A DNA stretch of 64,000 nt from an uncultured beta proteobacterium (lineage in GTDB: Bacteria; Pseudomonadota; Gammaproteobacteria; Burkholderiales; Burkholderiaceae_E): the NCBI GenBank assembly GCA_963834335.1, contig CAWIBK010000002.1, forward strand, positions 1,661,525 through 1,725,524. Direction: 5' to 3'. This document shows positions 28,807 through 37,978 of the stretch, one piece after another. Made by a program: the position numbers and the translations under genes. The notes below the pieces were generated by a model that worked only from the letters and a program-made list of their open reading frames with translations, made no database searches and was not told the origin of the DNA. Every line of letters starts with the position of its first letter. Positions within the stretch are counted from its first letter, which is position 1.

Positions 28807-29844
28807 TTAATGCTCCTCGGAATGCGGGTCGCGCAGACTGCGCCACAACAGCACCGGTAGGATCGCGCCGAAAACGATCACCTCCTTGAAAGCGCTGGCC
28901 CAGAACGAGCCGAAGCTCTCGAGAACGCCGACCCCAAGCGCGCCGACTAGTGCGAGCGGGTAGCTGGACAGACCGGCAAAGACGGCCGCCACGAAGCCTT
29001 TGAGGCCGATCAGGAACCCACTGTCGTAGAAGACAGTGGTCGTGGGCCCGATCAGCAGTCCCGACAGCGCACCGATGAACGCCGCCATCGTGAACGACAG
29101 GCGACCTGCAGTGATCGACGAGATGCCCATCAGCCGCGCACCAAGCTGGTTGACCGCGGTGGCGAGCAGTGCCTTGCCATACAAGGTGCGGTCGAAGAAC
29201 AGTCGCAGCATCACGATCAGCGCGACCGAGGCACCGAAGATGATCAGTGCCTGCCCTGACAGATTGATCGGGCCGATCGCGAAGCGTTCGTCCCAGAAGC
29301 TAGGATTGCGAAAACCTTCCGCGCCGAAGAAGAACAGGCCCAGGCCGACCAGTGCGAAATGTACGCCGACGGACACGATCAGCAGCACCAGCACGCTGGC
29401 GTCTGCCAGCGACTCGTACGCGAGGCGGTAGATCAGGCTGCCGAATGGCGTAACGAGAGCGAGGGTCAGCGCCGCCTGGGCCAGCAGTGGCATGCCTCGC
29501 GGCGCCGCCCAGATCGCCAGTAGCGAAATCGCGACCGGGTAGGCTGCCGTCTGCAGAATGGCCTTGGCGATTCGTGCAACCCCGTGACGGCGTTTGAGGC
29601 CGGCGACAACGTCGGTGATCGCCGCAACGCCGGTGAGGATTAGCAGGAACCAGACGGTTCCCGGTACTTTTCCGATCTGCAGCAGGGCAAGCGTCAAGGC
29701 GCCGAAGGCAACAAACTCACCCTGCGGGATGAAGATCACCCGGGTGACAGTGAACAGCAGCACAGTGGCCAGGGCCAGCAGTGCATAAATGGCCCCGTTG
29801 GTCACGCCGTCCAGGGCCAGGATGCTGGCTATGTTGAAGTCCAT
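28807..29844 (-). CDS. Liv-type ABC permease (LivH-like)
   Basis: [29 protein letters not shown]. Confidence 0.93.
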   Translation of the reverse strand: MDFNIASILALDGVTNGAIYALLALATVLLFTVTRVIFIPQGEFVAFGALTLALLQIGKVPGTVWFLLILTGVAAITDVVAGLKRRHGVARIAKAILQTAAYPVAISLLAIWAAPRGMPLLAQAALTLALVTPFGSLIYRLAYESLADASVLVLLIVSVGVHFALVGLGLFFFGAEGFRNPSFWDERFAIGPINLSGQALIIFGASVALIVMLRLFFDRTLYGKALLATAVNQLGARLMGISSITAGRLSFTMAAFIGALSGLLIGPTTTVFYDSGFLIGLKGFVAAVFAGLSSYPLALVGALGVGVLESFGSFWASAFKEVIVFGAILPVLLWRSLRDPHSEEH

Positions 29845-29941
29845 CGTACTGTCCGCCTGTTGTCCGCGACCGGGCGTCTGCGCCCTCGACCCGACTGCCC
29901 GAAGACAGCCGGATCGAAAGGACCGGGGGCACGAAAGTGGG

Positions 29942-31090
29942 TTACTTTTCGACGACGAACTTGCCGCCGACCACCTTCAGCAGGATGCCCGTCTCGTTCG
30001 TATAGCCCCAGTGGTCGTCCTTGGTCCAGTTCATGACGCCGTGCGAGAAGACCGTGCGCCCCATGGACTCGACAGCGTCGCGCAATGCGGCGCGGAACTC
30101 GGGCGTACCGGGCTTCGCCTTCTTCAGCGCCACTGGCAACACCTTCTCAAGCACGATCTGCGCGTCGTAGGCGTGGGCGGCGAACTGATTGCGGCTGCCT
30201 GCACCATTGGCCGCTTCGTATTTGGTGACGAAGTCCACGGCGACCTTCTTCGACGGGTGTTCGTCAGGCAACTGCTCGGCCGTGACGGCCGGGCCGGAGA
30301 CGATGATCGTGCCTTCGACGTCCTTGCCCCCGATGCGCACGAGGTCTGGCGTGGCGGCGGCGTGGGTCTGGTAGATGCGGCCCTTGTAGCCCCGTTCGAT
30401 CAGGCCCATTTCCGGCATCGCGGCGCCAGAGCCTGAGGCGACGACCAGGATCGCGTCCGGGTTCGCGCCGACCAGTTTCAGCGCCTGCGGCGTGACGCTC
30501 GTGTCCGGCCGCGCGAAGCGTTCGACGGCGGATACCCGGATGCCGGCGGCCTCGGCCTGCTTGGTTATTTCCTTCAGCCAGAGCTCGCCGTAAGCGTCGG
30601 TGTAGCCGAGAAAGCCCAGCGTCTTGACGCCGTGCTTCTTCATATGTTCGACGAGCGGGTACGCCATCACGTTGAAACCCTGCGGCAGGCGGAACATCCA
30701 CTCGTCCTGGCCGGGGGGGAGGCCGACCGGGGCCGCGGACAACTGAACCGTCTTCGCTTCCATCAGAACCGGCGCCATCGCGGCCGACACGGCCGTAATG
30801 CTGGAGCCGATGACCAGATCGACCTTGTCTTCGGTGACAAAGCGGCGCGCGTTGTTCACCCCCTTGCCGGGGTCGGTGGCATCGTCGAGGACGATCAGGT
30901 TGATCTTCTCGCCTGCGATCGTCTTTGGGAACAACTTGAGCTGGTTGCTGATCGGGATGCCGAGGCCCGAACCCGGGCCGGTAAGCGAAAGGCTCACGCC
31001 GACGTTGACGTCAGCCAGTGCGGGCGTTGCAGCGACCACTGCCAGCAGGGCGGTGGCGGCGGCCATCAAGGGCTTGCTGAGAAGCTTCAT
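29942..31090 (-). CDS. ABC substrate-binding protein, aromatic-acid (CouP-like) type
   Basis: Signal peptide; [36 protein letters not shown]; adjacent to fcs. Confidence 0.85.
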   Translation of the reverse strand: MKLLSKPLMAAATALLAVVAATPALADVNVGVSLSLTGPGSGLGIPISNQLKLFPKTIAGEKINLIVLDDATDPGKGVNNARRFVTEDKVDLVIGSSITAVSAAMAPVLMEAKTVQLSAAPVGLPPGQDEWMFRLPQGFNVMAYPLVEHMKKHGVKTLGFLGYTDAYGELWLKEITKQAEAAGIRVSAVERFARPDTSVTPQALKLVGANPDAILVVASGSGAAMPEMGLIERGYKGRIYQTHAAATPDLVRIGGKDVEGTIIVSGPAVTAEQLPDEHPSKKVAVDFVTKYEAANGAGSRNQFAAHAYDAQIVLEKVLPVALKKAKPGTPEFRAALRDAVESMGRTVFSHGVMNWTKDDHWGYTNETGILLKVVGGKFVVEK

Positions 31091-31171
31091 GTTGCGTGTC
31101 TCCTTCGAGGTTGGTGAGGGCAGAAGCAGGGCACCGCGGCCGCTGCTCCCTTCTTGTCTTCGGGCAACGGA

Positions 31172-33092
31172 CTACATGCGAAAACCAGGGATTACGGCCT
31201 TGTCCGGCAGGATCAGGCAGGGGTCGGTTTCCCAGCCCTCGTACAACGTCTGCACCAGCGCGTCGCGGTGGCCGAGCACCGCGCGCTGGTTGATCGAGCC
31301 TTTGTCGGTGACCTCTCCCTTGTCGATGGAAGGCGGCTCGGCCAGCACATGCATACGGGCCACGCGGCTGGCGCTGCCGGTACCCTCGCGCCACAGGCGG
31401 TCGGCCAGCACCTGAAAAAAGGCTCGCACCACCGGATGGTGCAGCACCTCGGGCAGCGGCACACGGTCAGCCAGGCCGGCCAGTTTGCGGCACTCGTCGG
31501 CGCGTGGGAACAGCATGGCGCCGACCTCGTCCCGATTAATGCCGGTGATCACCGCATCCTGCACGCACGGCTCGCCAGCCGCGATGATCTTTGCGCGAAG
31601 CGGTCCAACGCTGACGAAAGTGCCAGTGGACAGCTTGAAGTCCTCGGCCGTGCGGCCATCGTAGAGCAGGCCGCGATCGACGTCATTCGGATCGATCAGG
31701 CGCGCAGCATCGCCGGTACGATAGAAGCCCTCTTCATCGAAAGCACCGCGGGTCTGTTCTGGAGCACGCCAGTAGCCGGGCATGACATTCGGGCCGCGGA
31801 AGCGGATTTCCATCTTGTCGCCGGTGGTGGCGTCTCCTACCAGCTTGACCTCGACACCCGGCGCCGGTAGACCGATGTGGCCCGAGCGCACGTCGGTTCC
31901 CACTGCGAAGGTGCAGGACGGCGCGGTCTCGGTCATGCCCAGGCCGGTTATGATGCGCACGCGCTCGCCCACCGCGGCCTCGCCATGTGCATCGAGCTTG
32001 TCCCAAACCGCCTGCGAAAGTCCGGCACCGGCAAACATGAATGCCTTGCAGCGCTTGAACAGGTTGTCTCGAAGCACCGGGTCGCCGTCCATTGCGAAGG
32101 CGATTTCCTCGAAACCCTTGGGCACGTTGAGCTACACGGTAGGCGGGATATCGCGCAGATTTCGCAGCGTCATCGCGATGCCCTTGGGCGTGGGTCTGCC
32201 ATCGTTGATATAGAGCGAACCGCCGTTATAAAGCGTGAGACCGACATTGCGGATGCCACCGAAGGTGCGGTTCCAGGGCAGCCAATCGACCAGCACCGGT
32301 GGCTCGTCCGCCAGGAAGCCCATGCACTGGCGCAGCATTTGTTGGTTGGCGCAGAGCATCCGGTGTGTGTTGACCACGCCCTTGGGCGCCTGGGTGCTGC
32401 CCGAGGTGAAGAGGATCTTGGCGATGCTGTCGGGGCCCACCCTCGCATGCGCGGCGGCAAGGGTGGCGTCCGGCTCGGCGTCCAGCAGGGACTTGAAGTC
32501 GAGCACTTCCCGGCCGGCAAGGGGTCCTTCGGCAGCGGCTGCCGAAGCGCCATCCGTCAGTACCACCGGCACATCGGCCGGCAGCACTGCGGCAATAGTG
32601 GGGGCGTAGGCCGCACTGGCGGCAAATACCAGCCCGGGAGAGAGCAAATCCAGGGTGTGGCGCAGCTTGCCGAAGTCCAGCGAAATGAGGGAATACGCAG
32701 GCGACACCGGCGCATACGGCACGCCGGCCCACATCGCGGCCAGGGCCAGCGTCAGGTGCTCCAGGTCGTTTTCAGACAGGATGACCACCGGCCGTTCGAC
32801 CGACAGCCCGCGGTCGACCAACGACTGCGCCACCGCCTGGACGCGCTGCAGCATCTGCCCGTAACTGATGCGGACCCACTCGCCATCGGGCCCGCGGCGT
32901 GCCACCAGGGTACGGTCCGGCGCGGCCTCGACCCATTGCACCAGGCTGTCGGTCAGCCGATCCGGATACCAGCCCAGCTGTTCGGTCGAACGCAGCACCA
33001 GACTGCCGTCGGGGCGGCGCTCGACGGTCGCGCTGACGCAGCCGCCGACGCTGGCGTCGCGGTACTTCCGTGGGCTGACGCTTCCCGCTCAA
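31172..33092 (-). pseudogene. fcs: Feruloyl-CoA synthase-like ligase, interrupted (in-frame TAG at 32132-32134; +1 frameshift near the 5' end at ~33085)
   Basis: FTSGST..PKGV, WLPW, GLGMTET, YRTGD, GRTAEDFKLSTGT, TDKGSINQR; ORFs 32132-32998 and 31172-32125 are in the same frame, separated by a stop. Confidence 0.75.
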
Positions 33093-33908
33093 GGCTTCAC
33101 CACCTTGCCCGCGCGCCCTTCCAGGAAGTCGCGCAGACGGTCCCGCGCCTCGGGCGTATTGCTCGCGGCAGCGGCCATCAGCGATTCGGTGAACAGGGCC
33201 TCACCCGGCGATTGCTCAACGATGCGCGGCAGGGCCTGCATCACCGCAAAGGCGGTCATCGGCGCGTTGTGCGGACATCTTCCGCGCCAGCGCAATGCCC
33301 TTCGCCAGACCCTCGCCGGCCGCGACGCGGTATTGCACCAGCCCGGCGCGGTCGGCCTCATCGGCGTCGTAGACACGGCCGGTGAGCATCATGTCCGTCA
33401 TGCGCGCCAAACCCATCAGGCGCGGTATGCGCACCGAACCACCACCGCCGACGAAAAGGCCTCGCTGGCCTTCGGGCAAGCCGAAGAACGCCGTGTCGTC
33501 GGCCACGCGCAACTGGCAGGCGGCGGCAATCTCCAGCCCACCACCAACCACCGCGCCATGCAGGACGGCCACTACCGGCACCCGGCCGAACTGGATGGCA
33601 TCGAAGGCGGCATGCCACATGCGGGAGTGCAGGATGGCGCCCTGCATGTCGCGCTGCACGACGTCAGCAAGGTCCAGGCCGGCGCAGAAATGATCGCCTG
33701 CGCCGCTGAGCACCACCGCCTTCACCGTATCCGGCAGGTTGAGGAAGGTGCCATGGACCTGCTGCACCAGCTTGTCGCTGATCGCATTGCGCTTGGACGG
33801 GCGATTGAGTTGCAGATGCAGCACCGGGCCGGCCTGACTGATGGCCAGCAGGTCGAAGGTGGCGAGCAGACCCTCGACGGGAGAAAAGACAGTACTGGTC
33901 ATGGACAC
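33089..33908 (-). CDS. Crotonase/enoyl-CoA hydratase (hydroxycinnamoyl-CoA hydratase, CouM-like); +1 frameshift near 33271
   Basis: HFCAGLDL, GAVVGGGLE, LPEGQRGLFVGGGGS; C-terminus NAPMTAFAVMQALPRI lies in the shifted frame. Confidence 0.85.
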
Positions 33909-33930
33909 TCCAGGCGACGAGCTGTCAATA

Positions 33931-33949
33931 TAGTTCAGATCATGAAATA
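33931..33949. promoter_or_regulatory. Putative MarR operator in the AT-rich divergent promoter
   Basis: Imperfect dyad TAGTTCA-N5-TGAAATA between the crotonase and amidohydrolase starts. Confidence 0.4.
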
Positions 33950-34063
33950 AAAAAATAAGGTCAAACCCGTAGACCAGGTCACTTCTTCAGGAGTGCAAAA
34001 TGATGAGCACCGCGTGCGCAAGACCGCGCTTTTGTTTTATCTCTTATCTATCCGGGGCGAACC

Positions 34064-34927
34064 ATGAAGACCGAGGACCTGATCGCGATCGACACCCACA
34101 CCCATGCTGAGGTGTCTTGCCGCAATCCCTTCGACAACTACGGTGAGGAGTACGACCGCGCCGCCGACAAGTACTTCGGCTTCAGCAAGCGGCCGACCAT
34201 CGACGAGACGGTGGCTCACTACCGCCAGATGAAGATCGGGCTGGTGATGTTCACGGTCGACAGCGAATCGAATCTCGGCCGGCGCCGTATTCCCAACGAA
34301 GAAATCTGCGAAGCGGCCCAGAAGAACAGCGACATGATGGTGGCCTTCGCCAGCATTGACCCGCACAAGGGAAAAATGGGTGCTCGGGAGGCCCGGCGCC
34401 TGATTGCCGAGCATGGCGCCAAGGGCTTCAAGTTCCATCCCACGGTGCAGGGTTTCATGCCTTTCGACCGGATGGCATGGCCGTTATACGAAGTGATCGC
34501 GGAGCACCAATTGCCCGCAATCTTCCACAGCGGCCATTCGGGCATCGGCTCAGGCATGCGCGGCGGCGGTGGCCTGCGGCTGCAAAACAGCAACCCGATG
34601 CTGCTGGAGGACGTGGCAATCGCCTTTCCCGACATCCAGATCGTCGTAGCCCACCCCAGCTGGCCCTGGCAGGACGAGGCGCTGAGCCTGGCGCTGCACA
34701 AGCCGAACGTATGGATCGACCTGAGCGGCTGGAGCCCGAAGTACTTTCCGGCCCAGCTGGTGCAGTACGCCAACACGCTGCTGAAGGACCGCATGCTGTT
34801 CGGCAGCGACTACCCGCTTATCACGCCCGAACGCTGGATGAAGGACTTCGAAGAGGCCGGCTTCAAGGACAAGGTCAAGCCGCTGATCCTGAAAGAAAAC
34901 GCGAAGCGGCTGCTGGGCTTCAAGTGA
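34064..34927 (+). CDS. Amidohydrolase-2 family protein (CouO-like hydroxyphenyl-beta-ketoacyl-CoA hydrolase)
   Basis: IDTHTH, GFKFHP, FHSG, AHPSWPW, DLSGWSPKY, FGSDYP; divergent from ech-fcs. Confidence 0.85.
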   Translation: MKTEDLIAIDTHTHAEVSCRNPFDNYGEEYDRAADKYFGFSKRPTIDETVAHYRQMKIGLVMFTVDSESNLGRRRIPNEEICEAAQKNSDMMVAFASIDPHKGKMGAREARRLIAEHGAKGFKFHPTVQGFMPFDRMAWPLYEVIAEHQLPAIFHSGHSGIGSGMRGGGGLRLQNSNPMLLEDVAIAFPDIQIVVAHPSWPWQDEALSLALHKPNVWIDLSGWSPKYFPAQLVQYANTLLKDRMLFGSDYPLITPERWMKDFEEAGFKDKVKPLILKENAKRLLGFK

Positions 34928-35207
34928 TATCAGCCCGGTCTTCTTCGCGTGACCGCTCCCGCGATGACTGCTGACATGCAATGCGAGAACGGCGCCCAGG
35001 CCCGGGGTGACAGGGCGCTTCCTGCCGTACATTCCCACCGAGGTAGTTGGTAAGGCCAAAAATGAAGTCGCGAGCCTGTACCCGGCCCTTGAGAACATAG
35101 CAGATCCCGGGGGCACTCCAATCGCGATTCAGGAAGGCGTCCCCCGTCCGGGTTCTCCATTCCACCAACCAAAGCGTGAGCTTCAGAAGATCGCCGAATG
35201 GTCCGCG

Positions 35208-36456
35208 TCAGGCGCCGACGCCCCGCGCGCCAAGATGGGATACGAGGTGAGCACTCAGATCACGCGCATCGTCTCCGACACCGTCGATTAGGCTCGACTT
35301 CCGGCGCCGCAAGAACGGCAGGCCCAAAACGTACAGGTCTGGCGCCTCCGTCACGACGCCGCCGTCATGGCGGATGTTGCCCTTCAGGTCGAGGACCGGG
35401 ACGTGCAGCCAGGAGTAATCGGGACGGAACCCGGTCGCCCAGACAATCGTCCTGATCCCTGCGCGAACTAAATCGAGCCCGAGCGGCGGCGATGCTTCGA
35501 CACGCGTCGGCTCAGGGCGATGCGGAGGACCGACCTCGTCGCTCACGCCGTTCTCCACCGCCCAATCATCCATCGTGTTCAGCAGCCGGTTCAGCTTGAG
35601 ATCGGCCAACTCGCAAAGATTGCGCAACGATCCGGAGAACTGGACCTTGCCGTCCCGAACGGCAGCCAGCCGACCCACGAGTTTCACCCCGAGCGACGTG
35701 AGTGCATTCAGATCGATGTTCCGCCGGTCGGAATAGCCCGCGAGCTGGAACGAGGACAGGCTGCGGGCGCGCCTCAGATTCTCGACCTGGTCATAGCGTT
35801 CATCGTTCAGCCCGGTGGCGTCCATCCACCATTGAATGTCCCGGCCGCGGTACATCCGGGGCGCGCGCACGTGCTCGCCCACCGCCAGCGTCACGGGACG
35901 CCCGGAGCGGTGGATCTCGTCAGCGATCTGCGCACCTGAGGCGGCCGCGCCGACGACCATGACACCGCCTGCCTCCAGGCTCCCGGGGTTGCGGTATTGG
36001 GCGGTGGTCAGTTGGGCAATGCCGGACGGCAGTTCCTCCGAAAGCTTCGGCACCTGCGCGATGTTGAAGGCACCGGTCGCAAGCACGACCGTCCTGCACT
36101 GCCAGCGTGCCCTCTTTCGTGACGACCTCATAGCCATCGCTGGTCCTGCGGACAGATGCGACCGCGCAATGCGTCCGCACGGGCGCCGACACCAGCGTCG
36201 CGTAGCGCTCGATGTATGCGACGGTCTCGTCCATCGTCCGGAAGCCGTCCGGATTGTCGCCCTCGTACCCGTGCCCCGGCAGTCGGCTCTGCCAGTTCGG
36301 CGTGAGCAGAGTGAGGGAATCCCAGCGCTCGGTGCGCCAGGTGTTGGCGACGTCGCCGCGCTCGAGGACCACATGGTCGATCGAGCGCTTGGCGAGCCAC
36401 CAGCTCATGGCCAGCCCGGCCTGGCCCGCGCCAATGACGACGGCGGTCGTGCGCAC
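35208..36456 (-). CDS. Flavin-containing monooxygenase-like NAD(P)/FAD oxidoreductase; +1 frameshift near 36105
   Basis: VIGAGQAG, RWDSL.LLTP, VVLATG, YRNP, VVGAAASG, WATGFRPDY. Confidence 0.85.
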
Positions 36457-36486
36457 CCGCGCCGCGCCTGAGCCGGCGAAACGGCC

Positions 36487-37053
36487 TTACGCCACCTCGA
36501 CCGTGACGTTGGTCGGATTGGTGATGATGTCGTATACCGCGGAGCGCTTCTGCGACTGCGCGACGATGGCCCTGATGTCGGCGGGCGACGCGTCGGCGTC
36601 GATTTTGTAGGTCACCTTGATGCCGTCGAAGCCGTTGCGCACGTCCTCGTCGACGCCAAGGATGCCGCGAACGTCCATCCCGGCCTCGAGCGTCGCCGAC
36701 ACGGAGCGCAACTGGATCTTGCGCGCCTGGGCGACGGCCGCGACGCCGGCGGTCAGGCAGCTTGCGAGGCCGGCCAGGACGATCTCCACCGGGGTCGCTG
36801 CCCGGTCTTCTGCTGCGAACAACTCGGGATGATCGGCATCGACGGTGAACTTCGTCTTGTGCTTCTGCTCTGCGCCCAGGCCGTAGAATCCCTCGATGGT
36901 GGAACGGCTGTGCGTGCCGCCGACCCACTCAACGGTCGAGCGCCACTTGAACTTCGCCGCTTCCGGTGTCTCTGCCAGCGCTGCCTGCGCGCCGAACAGC
37001 GCTTCTACGTTGACGCCGTTGTTGACGGTCTTGTCTGCATTCGTTGACGCCAT
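36487..37053 (-). CDS. OsmC/Ohr-family protein (single cysteine)
   Basis: DHPELF...ATPVEIVLAGLASCL; second-Cys position reads KRSAV; ATG 37053 with AGGAG RBS. Confidence 0.88.
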   Translation of the reverse strand: MASTNADKTVNNGVNVEALFGAQAALAETPEAAKFKWRSTVEWVGGTHSRSTIEGFYGLGAEQKHKTKFTVDADHPELFAAEDRAATPVEIVLAGLASCLTAGVAAVAQARKIQLRSVSATLEAGMDVRGILGVDEDVRNGFDGIKVTYKIDADASPADIRAIVAQSQKRSAVYDIITNPTNVTVEVA

Positions 37054-37133
37054 GACTTGCTCCTGGGAAGGTTGAAGGGGGGAAAAGTAAACCGATGCAA
37101 CGAAGACGTCAGGGAGATGCCTGTCGGCAACGC

Positions 37134-37601
37134 CTAGATCGCCTGGTTCAAACGGGGCTTCCAGAACGGGCGGAACAGCTCGATCTTCGGGCAGCGGTTC
37201 ATGACGACCTTCAGCCCCGCAGCCTCCGCCAGGCGCGCAGCCCCGTCGTTGCGCACACCAAGCTGCGCCCACAGCACTTTCGCGCCGATATCGATCGCCT
37301 CGCGGGCGATCCCGGGCAGCGCATCTGAACTACGGAACACTTCCACCATATCCACCGGCCGGTCGATTGCCGCCAGCGACTCGTAGACCCGCAGCCCGCG
37401 GATCTCGCCCCCGGCCTCGTTGGGATTGACCGGGACCATGTCATAGCCGGTTTCGTGCAGAACTCTGAGAACGCCATAGCTGAACTTGGTCGGGTCCGGA
37501 CTGGCGCCGACCATGGCAATGGTCTTCACCTCCTTCAGAATGGTGGCGAGATAGGCCGCCGGGTAGTCCTGATCATGGTCCATGTAGGTGACGGCGGTCA
37601 T
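37134..37601 (-). CDS. CoA-binding protein (YccU-like)
   Basis: KTIAMVGAS, VPVNP, VDMVEVFR, WAQLGV, VVMNRCPKIE. Confidence 0.92.
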   Translation of the reverse strand: MTAVTYMDHDQDYPAAYLATILKEVKTIAMVGASPDPTKFSYGVLRVLHETGYDMVPVNPNEAGGEIRGLRVYESLAAIDRPVDMVEVFRSSDALPGIAREAIDIGAKVLWAQLGVRNDGAARLAEAAGLKVVMNRCPKIELFRPFWKPRLNQAI

Positions 37602-37969
37602 GGCGCATCCTCCAGCGGTAACGCGCGGTCGGGAGTCAGCTCATGCGGCGCCAGCGGGCTGGCGAAGGGATTGCGGTAGAGCCTGTCGTGGCTCTCGACA
37701 CCGACATCGAATGTGCAGTCGGTCAGGGGCCGGGCAACGCAGAGGAGGACATAGCCGTCGGCGAGCTGCCGCCTGTTGAGCGCGACGCCTGCGCGCTGGT
37801 CGATCTCACCCGACAGCAATTTCGCAGCACAGGAGATGCAGCCGCCGTAGCGGCAGCCATAGGGCAACGACATGCCCTGCGCCTCCAGCGCGTCGAGCAG
37901 CGGCTTGCGCCGATCGACCTGGAACGATGCGCCGTCCCGGTTAGCGAGCGTGATCGTGACCTTTGCCAT
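37598..37969 (-). CDS. Plant-type 2Fe-2S ferredoxin
   Basis: LPYGCRYGGCISC...LLCVA (C-x4-C-x2-C...C). Confidence 0.93.
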   Translation of the reverse strand: MAKVTITLANRDGASFQVDRRKPLLDALEAQGMSLPYGCRYGGCISCAAKLLSGEIDQRAGVALNRRQLADGYVLLCVARPLTDCTFDVGVESHDRLYRNPFASPLAPHELTPDRALPLEDAP

Positions 37970-37978
37970 CGTCCATCT

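Noticed and set aside
32132-32134. In-frame TAG in fcs as possible pyrrolysine or programmed readthrough
   Set aside because: The position corresponds to a conserved Tyr one substitution away (TAC to TAG), neighbouring residues are also degraded, and no pyl genes are present in the window
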